Source of the DNA: an uncultured Mycoplasmatota bacterium
GTDB taxonomy: Bacteria > Bacillota_I > Bacilli_A > RF39 > UBA660
DNA: 64,000 nucleotides
Assembly (NCBI GenBank): GCA_900547995.1
Contig: URIY01000002.1
Span: 2,319 to 66,318, forward strand
Direction of reading: 5' to 3'
Shown: piece after piece, positions 46,488 to 55,403 of the stretch
Position numbering within the stretch: position 1 is the stretch's first letter
How the letters are laid out: every line of letters begins with the position of its first letter
Made by a program: the position numbers and the translations under genes
The notes under the pieces: model-generated
The model's database searches: none
What the model saw: only the letters and a program-made list of their open reading frames with translations
What the model was told of the DNA's origin: nothing

Positions 46488-49068
46488 TATATCAGTTATT
46501 ATTCCATTATATAATTGTGAAAAATATATAAATAAAGCAATAAAGTCATTATTAAATCAAACGTATGATTTTAGAAAAATAGAAGTTTTATTAATAAATG
46601 ATGGTTCAAGTGATACAAGTTTAGAAATTGCCAAAAATTATGCCAAAAAATATAGTAATATTAAAGTTTTTTCTCATGAAAATAAAGGTGTATCTTATAC
46701 AAGAAATGTAGGATTAAAAAATGCTTTAGGGGCATATATAACTTTCTTAGATGCTGACGATTATATATCAAATAATACTATTAAAAATTTAGTTAATTTT
46801 TTTGATAATAATAGTGATAAAATTGATATATTAACATATCCATTATTTTATGAAAAAGGTAAAAAAATAACACCTGCGTCTAAAAATAGTGCTTATGAAA
46901 AGACAGGCATTTATAATTTAAATGGTGCTACTTTTTATAATATTTCTACGATAAATTTTGTTATTAAAAATAAGAAGAAATCTAATTTATTATTTAATGA
47001 AACCTTAAAAATACATGAAGACATGGATTATTCTTTAAGAGTTGCTATGGAAAAGGGATATGTTGGTTATGTAAAAGAAGCAGGTTATTATTATATTAAA
47101 CATGATGGAAGTACTGTTTCAAATTATATAAATCCATATTATATATTTGAAAGTTGGATAGGGCAGTTTGAACAAGCTTTTAGATTTTATAGAAATGAAG
47201 ATGGCAGTGTTAAAAAATTTATTCAGCATTTATTTTTAAATGAAATAAACTGGAAATTAAAAGAGAAAGTATTGTATCCAGTTCATTATAATGATATAGA
47301 TTTAAAAAAGGCTAAAACTCGTATAGAGAAACTTGTCAATATGATTGATGATGATATTATATTAAAAAATAAAGATGTTGATAAATTTCATAAATATTAT
47401 TTTTTAAGTATGAAAAAGAATAATTTTGATGTTAAAACAGGCGATAATATAGAATTAGTATCAAATGGCAAAGTAATTAATAAAGAAAAAGACATAGAAA
47501 TAGTTTTAACACAATTTAAAACATTAAATGATACTTTATATGTAAGTGGTTATTTTAAATCATATTTATTTAATTTTATTAATCCTTCATTTTATGTTAT
47601 TGTCGATGGTGTTGTAAGTAAACTTGATGTTAAAATATCAACTAATTCTTGTTATAAAACGATATATAAAACCAATAATTTTTATCATTTTGATTTAGAA
47701 TTAGATATTAATAATAATTATATGGCTGAATTTAAGGTGCAATTAAATGATAAATTATACCCTGTTAAGTATTACTTAATGCCTAATATTGTTTTAAATA
47801 AGAATTTAAATAGAATGTTATATTTATATAATAATAATGTCATTGGTATTGATAAAAGCAATAATATTATTATTAGTAAAGTAACAGATTCTAAAAAGAA
47901 ACAAATGGAAAAAGATAATTATTTAATGTATAAAAAGATAAATAAAAAAATTAACTTTTTTAGAAGATTAGCGAACAAATGTAATAAAGAAATATGGCTT
48001 TATAATGATAAAGAAAATATTATAGATAATGCTTATTATCAGTTTAAACATGATTTTAATAAAAAAGATGATATAAAGAGATATTATATTATCAGTAATA
48101 GAAAAGATTTCTTTAAAGGAAAGTTTACTAAAAAAGAGTTAAAACATGTTATATATTATAGAAGTTTTAAGCATAAATTATTATATTTGAATGCAAATAA
48201 AATACTAACATCTTTTAGAAATATAGAATTTTATTGTCCCTTTTATAAAAATATATCATATTATCAAGATTTACTTAATTATGAATTAATCTATGTACAA
48301 CATGGTATATTACATTGTCATACACCAAATTTATATTCAAAAGAGGCAAATAATATAGATAAAATAGTTGTTTCATCCGATTTTGAATATAATAATTTTA
48401 TTGATAATTATAATTATAACCATAAAAATCTTATTAAAACAGGTATGCCAAGATTTGATATATGTAGTTTGAAAAAGAATAAATCAAATAAGATTTTAAT
48501 AGCTTTATCTTGGCGTGTTAATCTAATGGGACCATATAAAAATAGAACATATGCTCCAAATAATGAAAAATTTAAAACTTCAGTTTATTTTAAGCAATTA
48601 ACAAATTTAATAGATTCTAATAAATTTAATAATTTATTAAGGAAAAACAATTTAGAAGTAGAAATAATGTCACATCCTATATTTAGATGTTATGATAATT
48701 TTTTTAATGAAAAAGATAATATTAAATTTGTACAAAGTGCTAATCCAAGTGATTATTTACTAGTTATAACAGATTATTCATCAATTATTTTTGATTATGT
48801 ATATGCTAATACACCTGTTATATATTTTGTACCTGATTATGATTTATATAAAGCAGGAATTACTCATTTATATAATAAACTTGATTTACCAATGGAAAAT
48901 GGATTTGGTCCATTTACAACGAATATTAATGATTTATTATTTGAATTAAATAAGTTTATAAATGCCAATTATAAACTAGATAAAAAATATATAAATAAGG
49001 CTAATAATTTCTTTATATGTAAGGAAAACCATCGTGAAAAATTATATCAAGAGTTGATGAACAAATGA
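46474..49068 (+). CDS. bifunctional GT2 glycosyltransferase / TagF-family poly(ribitol/glycerol-phosphate) polymerase
   Basis: The N-terminus ISVIIPLYNCEKYINKAIKSLLNQTYDFRKIEVLLINDGSSD and FLDADD is a GT-A domain. The C-terminal half has IYVQHGILH-type and DYSSIIFDY TagF motifs. 864 aa. Confidence 0.8.
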   Translation: MKNYDISVIIPLYNCEKYINKAIKSLLNQTYDFRKIEVLLINDGSSDTSLEIAKNYAKKYSNIKVFSHENKGVSYTRNVGLKNALGAYITFLDADDYISNNTIKNLVNFFDNNSDKIDILTYPLFYEKGKKITPASKNSAYEKTGIYNLNGATFYNISTINFVIKNKKKSNLLFNETLKIHEDMDYSLRVAMEKGYVGYVKEAGYYYIKHDGSTVSNYINPYYIFESWIGQFEQAFRFYRNEDGSVKKFIQHLFLNEINWKLKEKVLYPVHYNDIDLKKAKTRIEKLVNMIDDDIILKNKDVDKFHKYYFLSMKKNNFDVKTGDNIELVSNGKVINKEKDIEIVLTQFKTLNDTLYVSGYFKSYLFNFINPSFYVIVDGVVSKLDVKISTNSCYKTIYKTNNFYHFDLELDINNNYMAEFKVQLNDKLYPVKYYLMPNIVLNKNLNRMLYLYNNNVIGIDKSNNIIISKVTDSKKKQMEKDNYLMYKKINKKINFFRRLANKCNKEIWLYNDKENIIDNAYYQFKHDFNKKDDIKRYYIISNRKDFFKGKFTKKELKHVIYYRSFKHKLLYLNANKILTSFRNIEFYCPFYKNISYYQDLLNYELIYVQHGILHCHTPNLYSKEANNIDKIVVSSDFEYNNFIDNYNYNHKNLIKTGMPRFDICSLKKNKSNKILIALSWRVNLMGPYKNRTYAPNNEKFKTSVYFKQLTNLIDSNKFNNLLRKNNLEVEIMSHPIFRCYDNFFNEKDNIKFVQSANPSDYLLVITDYSSIIFDYVYANTPVIYFVPDYDLYKAGITHLYNKLDLPMENGFGPFTTNINDLLFELNKFINANYKLDKKYINKANNFFICKENHREKLYQELMNK

Positions 49069-49853
49069 TAAAAGAACATTTTACAAACCTTAATAAAATC
49101 ATTAAAATGGCCTTTATTGATTTAAGAAAAATTTATAATGGTGCTGTATTTGGCTGGTTTTGGATTATTGCCAAACCTGCAGTAACTATTTTTATGTATT
49201 ACTTTCTTTTTAAGATAGGATTAAAAGTAAGTAACAATGTTGATGGTTATCCTTACTTTATATGGCTAATTGTGGGAATGTTACCATGGTTTTATATAAG
49301 TGATATGATTAATGCTTCTCCAAATGTATATAAAAAATATAATTATTTAGTTACGAAAATTAAGTTTCCTGTATCAATAATACCTGTATTTATGAGCTTA
49401 TCACGATTTATTGTTAATATTATTTTATCTATAATTATAATTGCTATATATGTACTAATGATAGGAAGAATAGATATATATATGCTTAATATATTATACT
49501 ATTCATTCATAATGTATATTTATACAACTTTAATTACAAGTATTCTATCTATTATCTCAGCATTAAGTAAAGATATAGCTAATTTAATAAAAACAATTTC
49601 AACTCCCATCTTATTCTTATCACCTGTTTTTTGGAATATTAAAACAATTGATATAAATTTTATTAAAATTATTGAAATTTATAATCCTGTTGCTTATTTT
49701 GTAAATGGATATCGAGATGGATTTATTAATAATATATGGTTTTTTGATAAACCATTTGAAATGTTTATAATACTAATTGAACTTCTTATTATCTTTTTGC
49801 TAAGTGTTATTTTATATAAAAAAATAAATCGTAAATTACCAGATTATTTATAG
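49065..49853 (+). CDS. tagG: teichoic acid ABC exporter permease
   Basis: 262 aa with 6 TM helices of the ABC-2 type. It precedes an ABC ATPase with the TagH signature. Confidence 0.8.
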   Translation: MIKEHFTNLNKIIKMAFIDLRKIYNGAVFGWFWIIAKPAVTIFMYYFLFKIGLKVSNNVDGYPYFIWLIVGMLPWFYISDMINASPNVYKKYNYLVTKIKFPVSIIPVFMSLSRFIVNIILSIIIIAIYVLMIGRIDIYMLNILYYSFIMYIYTTLITSILSIISALSKDIANLIKTISTPILFLSPVFWNIKTIDINFIKIIEIYNPVAYFVNGYRDGFINNIWFFDKPFEMFIILIELLIIFLLSVILYKKINRKLPDYL

Positions 49854-49855
49854 AG

Positions 49856-50584
49856 GTGTATATGGAAAATATTATAGAATTTAAAGATGTATATAAAAAA
49901 TATAATTTATATGCAACTGATTATGATAAGTTGCAAGGTCTTCTTTTTAACAAGAAGAAAGGTATTAAAAAGGTTGCTTCTAATTATTTAACTTTTAGTA
50001 TTCAAAAAGGTGAAAAAGTTGCTTTTATTGGGCCAAATGGTGCTGGTAAATCGACAATATTAAAAATGATAACGAATGTTTGTTATCCTGATGAAGGAAG
50101 TATTAAAGTTCATGGAAAAGTGGGGGCACTTCTTGAATTATCGGCTGGATTTGATATGGAATTTACAGGAATGGAAAATATATATTTAAAAGGTATATTA
50201 CTTGGATTATCTAAAAAAGAAATAGATAAAAATATTTTTAAAATTTTAGAATTTGCTGATATAGGTGAATATATTAATCAACCTGTTCGTACTTATTCTT
50301 CAGGAATGCGAGCTAGACTAGGCTTTTCTATAATCATTAACTGTGATATTGATATTTTAATTATTGATGAAGCTTTGGCTGTTGGAGACAAGGAATTTAA
50401 AAAGAAATGTTTAGATAAAATTAAAGAATTGTCGAATAAAAGTAATATAACAATGTTACTTGTTACCCATTCATTAGAACAAGCAAAAGAATTTTGCGAT
50501 AGGGGAATTATTTTGAATAAGGGACATATTGTATATGATGTACCAATCGATGAGGCTATTAAGGAATATAATAAGTTGTTTTAG
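49856..50584 (+). CDS. tagH: teichoic acid ABC exporter ATP-binding protein (short form)
   Basis: Walker A GPNGAGKST, signature YSSGMRARL, Walker B ILIIDEAL. It lacks the long C-terminal extension of B. subtilis TagH. Confidence 0.85.
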   Translation: MYMENIIEFKDVYKKYNLYATDYDKLQGLLFNKKKGIKKVASNYLTFSIQKGEKVAFIGPNGAGKSTILKMITNVCYPDEGSIKVHGKVGALLELSAGFDMEFTGMENIYLKGILLGLSKKEIDKNIFKILEFADIGEYINQPVRTYSSGMRARLGFSIIINCDIDILIIDEALAVGDKEFKKKCLDKIKELSNKSNITMLLVTHSLEQAKEFCDRGIILNKGHIVYDVPIDEAIKEYNKLF

Positions 50585-50594
50585 GAGGTAAATT

Positions 50595-51953
50595 ATGAAA
50601 AAAAGCATGCTAGAACGTATAAAAATTATTTTAAAATATTTTTATGTTGTAACACTAATTGTTATTATATCGAGTATAGGAGTAATGTATTTTCTTAGTA
50701 CTATTCCAAACTACTTTGAATCTAAAAGTGTAATACTTTTAGAAGATGGAAATACTTATAGCTATGAGAATATGGAAACATATACTAAGTATTTTAAAAC
50801 AAATAATGTATTAAACTTAATTATAAATAATTTAAATTTAGAAGATACAGTTTCTTCTATGAATAAAAATATTAATATTAAACATATTAAAAATACCAAG
50901 TTAATTGAAATTAAAGTTAAATCCAAAACTCCCGAAATATCTATAAATATTTCAAATGAACTTATATCAGAATTTCAAAAAAGTATAAAATCTATATACC
51001 CAAGTTTAAACATATATACTATTGAAAATCCAACTGTCAATAATGGGTTCCAAATAGATACTAATTTTTATTTGATAATAACAGTAATGTGTAGTTTTAT
51101 TATGGGATGTATTATTGTAAGTTCTTGTTTTAATTTAAATACTAATATTAAAAATCATGAGGATTTAAAGAAAATACTTAATATTAAATCACTTGGTATT
51201 ATACCTAATGATGATAGTATTTATTTTGATAAAAAGAATAAGAAAAAAAGTAGTTTGAATACAACTAAGATAAGAGTAATAAATGATTCAAGTTCTATTA
51301 CATCAGAGGCATATCGTATGGTTAGAACTAATTTAGATTATTTAGATTTAAAGGTTATTAATTTTACATCAACTAGTGTAGGAGAAGGAAAAAGTGAAAC
51401 AATTGTTAATGTAGCAACATCATTTGCAATGATTGGGAAAAAAGTTTTACTTATTGATTGCGATTTAAGAAAACCTAAAGTTCATAAAAATTTTAATTTA
51501 AATAGAGCAATGGGACTTACAGATATATTAGTATATGATAGAGTAAGCGAATATCAAAAAATAATTCAATCTTTTAAAATAATAAATACCAAATATAAAG
51601 TAGATATATTATCTGCAGGATCAAAAGTATCTAATCCATCAGAATTATTAAGTTCCAAAACATTTAATGATTTAATTGAAGAAGTAAAAAAAGAATATGA
51701 TTTAATACTTGTAGATTGTCCTCCTGTTTCTTTAATGACTGATGCTGTTATTGTATCTAAAGTTGCCGATGGAACAGTATATGTTATAGAATACGATCGT
51801 ATTAATTCATCAGCTATTGCTTCGGGAATAGATCAATTAAAAGATATAAATGCTAATGTTTTAGGTGGTATTATAACAAAAGTTAATATTAATAAACAAA
51901 AGAAACTATATGGTAATAAATATGAATACTATTACAACAACTATATGGCCTAA
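50595..51953 (+). CDS. fused Wzz-type chain-length regulator / bacterial tyrosine (BY) kinase (CpsC-CpsD-like)
   Basis: Two TM helices bracket an extracellular Wzz-like domain. The C-terminal P-loop kinase has Walker A SVGEGKSE, A' LLIDCDLRKP, B DLILVDCPP and a C-terminal Tyr cluster YGNKYEYYYNNY. Confidence 0.8.
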   Translation: MKKSMLERIKIILKYFYVVTLIVIISSIGVMYFLSTIPNYFESKSVILLEDGNTYSYENMETYTKYFKTNNVLNLIINNLNLEDTVSSMNKNINIKHIKNTKLIEIKVKSKTPEISINISNELISEFQKSIKSIYPSLNIYTIENPTVNNGFQIDTNFYLIITVMCSFIMGCIIVSSCFNLNTNIKNHEDLKKILNIKSLGIIPNDDSIYFDKKNKKKSSLNTTKIRVINDSSSITSEAYRMVRTNLDYLDLKVINFTSTSVGEGKSETIVNVATSFAMIGKKVLLIDCDLRKPKVHKNFNLNRAMGLTDILVYDRVSEYQKIIQSFKIINTKYKVDILSAGSKVSNPSELLSSKTFNDLIEEVKKEYDLILVDCPPVSLMTDAVIVSKVADGTVYVIEYDRINSSAIASGIDQLKDINANVLGGIITKVNINKQKKLYGNKYEYYYNNYMA

Positions 51954-52644
51954 AATAGATATTCATTCACATATTATATATGATGTGGATGATGGTAGTA
52001 AGAATTTTGAAACGACTAAAGAGGCGTTAAAAATATTAAAGAAAAATAATGTTCAAAAAATATTATGTACGCCACATTTTAGTTCATTTAAAAATTATGA
52101 AAAAATTGCTAAAACATTTTTGTTTATGAAAAAAGGATTTAAAATGCATAATATAGATTTATATTTAGGATTTGAATTTAAATTAACTTATGAAAATCTT
52201 AATATATTAAAAGAGAACAGAATTAAAACAATTAATAATTATCTTTTGGTTGAATTAAGTAGAAATGAAGATATTTCCGAAGAACAAATAATTGATATGA
52301 TTGATGAATTATTTGATATTGGTTACAAAGTTATACTAGTTCATCCTGAATTTTATATTAATTATAGGAATTTATCTTTTATAAAAAAACTGCGTGAAAA
52401 TGATGTTATAATACAAATAGATGCGACAAGTATATTAAAAGGAACTAAAGATAAAAAAGTATATAATTTTGCCCATTTATTATTAAAAAATAACTTAGTT
52501 GATATCGTTGCAAGTGATTATCATGACAATATAATAAGAAGTTATGATAAATTTGAAGATGCTTTTAATTTGATAAAGAAAAAATATAATATAAATATGG
52601 CAAATGAATTATTTTATGAAAATCCTAAAATAATTGTAGATTAA
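51922..52644 (+). CDS. PHP-family protein-tyrosine phosphatase (CpsB/YwqE-like)
   Basis: IDIHSHIIYDVDDGS... is the metal-dependent PHP motif. It overlaps the kinase gene 3' end. Confidence 0.8.
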   Translation: MNTITTTIWPKIDIHSHIIYDVDDGSKNFETTKEALKILKKNNVQKILCTPHFSSFKNYEKIAKTFLFMKKGFKMHNIDLYLGFEFKLTYENLNILKENRIKTINNYLLVELSRNEDISEEQIIDMIDELFDIGYKVILVHPEFYINYRNLSFIKKLRENDVIIQIDATSILKGTKDKKVYNFAHLLLKNNLVDIVASDYHDNIIRSYDKFEDAFNLIKKKYNINMANELFYENPKIIVD

Positions 52645-52695
52645 AATATATAAATATTTTAGTCTTTTTTTTGTGTTACATCATATATATTTAAT

Positions 52696-53166
52696 ATGAA
52701 AATAATTATACATGATTTAGAAGAATTAAAACTTGAAGGTAATTATAAAATAATAAATGAAAGGAATATAAAAAATTGTATTGGTTGTTTTAATTGTTGG
52801 ACTAAAACTCCTATGAAATGTATACATAATGATATATGTCAAAATATAGGAAAAGATATTAGTAATTGTGAGGAATTGATTATTATTAGTAAATGTATAT
52901 ATGGCTCTTATAGTTCTAAAGTAAAAAAAGTTTTAGAAAGATGTATAAGTTATGTTTATCCGTTCTTTGAAATAAGAAAAGGTGAAATACATCATAAACT
53001 TAGAAATAATCATTTAAAATTAACAGTTTATTTTTATGGAGATATTAGTCATGAAGATAAAACTTTAGCTATAAAACTTGTAAATAGTAATTGTAAAAAT
53101 TTTGGTATTGATAATTCTAATCTTAAATTTTATAAAAATGTAGAAGAAATAGGTGAAATATGTTAA
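52696..53166 (+). CDS. Cys-rich flavodoxin-like protein (possible iron-sulfur flavoprotein)
   Basis: 156 aa with CIGCFNCW...C cysteine motifs typical of Isf-like proteins. It overlaps the next flavodoxin-like gene. Confidence 0.4.
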   Translation: MKIIIHDLEELKLEGNYKIINERNIKNCIGCFNCWTKTPMKCIHNDICQNIGKDISNCEELIIISKCIYGSYSSKVKKVLERCISYVYPFFEIRKGEIHHKLRNNHLKLTVYFYGDISHEDKTLAIKLVNSNCKNFGIDNSNLKFYKNVEEIGEIC

Positions 53167-53741
53167 CAATTATAAATTGTAGTCCCAAATATAAAAGCAA
53201 TAGTAAAAGTTTTATAGATAAAATAATTAATAATATTGATGATAGTTTTAGTGTATTTAACGTATATAAAGATAATTTTGATACCATTATTAATTTTATA
53301 AATAAATCAGACAAGATTTTATTTGTGTATCCATTATATGTAGATACTTTGCCATCTAAATTAATAGAATTTTTTGAATATTTAATAAATAATAATATCT
53401 TTTTATATAATAAAAAAACATATATTCTATGTAATTGTGGCTTTTTAGAGGCAAGTCAAAACGATGTATCTATAGAATTAATAAAAAATATCATTAATAA
53501 TTTAGATGGAATGTTTATGGGTTATTTTAAAATAGGTGCTGGGGAGGTAATAGGTAAATTAAATAATATATTTATGAAATTACTTTGTTTTGACTATTTT
53601 TATAAAATCAAAAGATTTAGTAGATGTATTAATTATGGTAAGATGGTCAAATTAAAAGCTACTTTAAATATATTTAGTAAGAGATTATTTTGCTTTTTAG
53701 GTAATATGGCATGGAATAAAAAAATAGGTTTGAATAAATAG
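53160..53741 (+). CDS. flavodoxin-like/NAD(P)H-dependent FMN reductase family protein
   Basis: MLTIINCSPKYKSNSKSF...ILFVYPLYVDTLPSKL shows a flavodoxin-like fold pattern. Confidence 0.4.
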   Translation: MLTIINCSPKYKSNSKSFIDKIINNIDDSFSVFNVYKDNFDTIINFINKSDKILFVYPLYVDTLPSKLIEFFEYLINNNIFLYNKKTYILCNCGFLEASQNDVSIELIKNIINNLDGMFMGYFKIGAGEVIGKLNNIFMKLLCFDYFYKIKRFSRCINYGKMVKLKATLNIFSKRLFCFLGNMAWNKKIGLNK

Positions 53742-53780
53742 TAATAATGTGATAACATATATAAACAAAGAGGTAATGGT

Positions 53781-54692
53781 ATGGAAGTAGTAAATATTAC
53801 AAAAAATGGATTAAAAAAATTAAAAAAAGTATCATTAGGATATGGAATATTAAATACAGAAGCTGATTTATTTATTATGAAAACAAAAGATAAATGGAAT
53901 ATAGAGTATAAAATGTTAAAGACTCTTTTTTGTACGGAAGGGGCTAATTTTAGTAATAAATTATTTACAATAAATGAACTTATTGATAATAAAAGTGTAA
54001 TTAATATAGATGAACTTGTATTACCTGAAAAACTCTTAATAGTTGATGGTCAGGTAAATGGTTTTATAATGCCATATATTGAAAATACTAATTTTGAAGA
54101 AATATTAAATGATATAAATATTAGTAATTTACAAAAAATAGAGTATTTTAAACAAATATCTCATATTTTACACAAAATGGATAATTTAAGAAATAATAGC
54201 CATATAACTGATTTTTATTTAAATGATTTGCATGCTAGTAATTTTATATTAAATAAAAAAACGGGTAAAATAAATGTGGTCGATTTAGATAGTTGTAAAA
54301 TTAATGGTAATAAACCATTTGCTGCTAAATATTTAACTCCTTTTTCGCCTATATCTAGTATGAAAGCCAAATATAGAGTAAATGAAGAAATTAATTTTTT
54401 AGGGTATATTATTCCTGATAAAAATACTGATCTTTATTGTTACATCATGACACTTATGAATTTCTTATTTAAAGGTAGAATTAGTTCTTTAGGAAGAGAT
54501 AAGTATTATCTTTATTTAGAATATTTGAGGAGTATTAACTATCCATATGAACTTCTTGATAAGTTATCTAAAATATATGAATATGTAGATAATGAAGAAA
54601 TAGGTGATGAATTAGATTTATTAACTAATGATATGATTGTTATGGCGCAAAGTAAAATATTTAATATGAAAACAAAAAAACTAGGTAACTAG
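53781..54692 (+). CDS. atypical protein-kinase-like (PKL) fold protein
   Basis: A catalytic-loop-like segment DLHASNFILN and a DFG-like segment VVDLDS are spaced about 20 aa apart. A Lys-containing beta3-like segment is ..IMKTKDKW... 303 aa with no TM. Confidence 0.45.
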   Translation: MEVVNITKNGLKKLKKVSLGYGILNTEADLFIMKTKDKWNIEYKMLKTLFCTEGANFSNKLFTINELIDNKSVINIDELVLPEKLLIVDGQVNGFIMPYIENTNFEEILNDINISNLQKIEYFKQISHILHKMDNLRNNSHITDFYLNDLHASNFILNKKTGKINVVDLDSCKINGNKPFAAKYLTPFSPISSMKAKYRVNEEINFLGYIIPDKNTDLYCYIMTLMNFLFKGRISSLGRDKYYLYLEYLRSINYPYELLDKLSKIYEYVDNEEIGDELDLLTNDMIVMAQSKIFNMKTKKLGN

Positions 54693-54696
54693 TTTT

Positions 54697-55254
54697 TTAT
54701 ATTAAACGCATTTCTGATTCTAAATAAAAAGGTTTCTTTTTATTAATATGGTCATAAAATAAAATGCCTTCTAAGTGATCAATTTCATGTTGAAAAGCAA
54801 TGGATAAATCTTCTCTTGCTCTTACTTTTATTTTATTACCATCTTCATCATAGCCCTCAACGGTAACTCTAGCATGTCTTGGAACATGTCCCTCAACTTC
54901 ACGATTAACACTCAAACATCCTTCACCAGCCTCAGCTGCAATCATCTCATTAGAAGTGCTAACAATTTTAGGATTAATGAATACATAATTATCAAATACT
55001 CCATCTTCAACCTCATGAACAATAATAATTATTCTTTTATTTATACCGAGCTGTGGAAAGGCGATTCCCATTCCAGGCCTTAAGTTATATTTTTTTGAGT
55101 ATGATTCTATTTGACTATATGTTAAATGATCAATGCTTCTTTGAATTAATTGCTTTTCTTCCTTTGAAAGAGGAAAAGTAGCATCAATACTTTTCATTCT
55201 TAGTCTTTTGTCTTTTTCATCTAGAATATTAAGTTTTTTAAACATATACATCAA
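54697..55254 (-). CDS. def: peptide deformylase
   Basis: Motifs G.G.AA.Q (GIAFPQLG), EGCLS and HEIDHLEG. Confidence 0.93.
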   Translation of the reverse strand: MMYMFKKLNILDEKDKRLRMKSIDATFPLSKEEKQLIQRSIDHLTYSQIESYSKKYNLRPGMGIAFPQLGINKRIIIIVHEVEDGVFDNYVFINPKIVSTSNEMIAAEAGEGCLSVNREVEGHVPRHARVTVEGYDEDGNKIKVRAREDLSIAFQHEIDHLEGILFYDHINKKKPFYLESEMRLI

Positions 55255-55403
55255 CTCCGCATATATATTTTAACACACATTTAAAAAAATACAATCATCA
55301 TTTTGTTGTATATAAACAAGATTATATAATTTAATGTATCTAAAAAAAATTATAATATTGACTTGCGAATATTTGTTCGCTATAATTGATATAGGGTGAG
55401 TAT

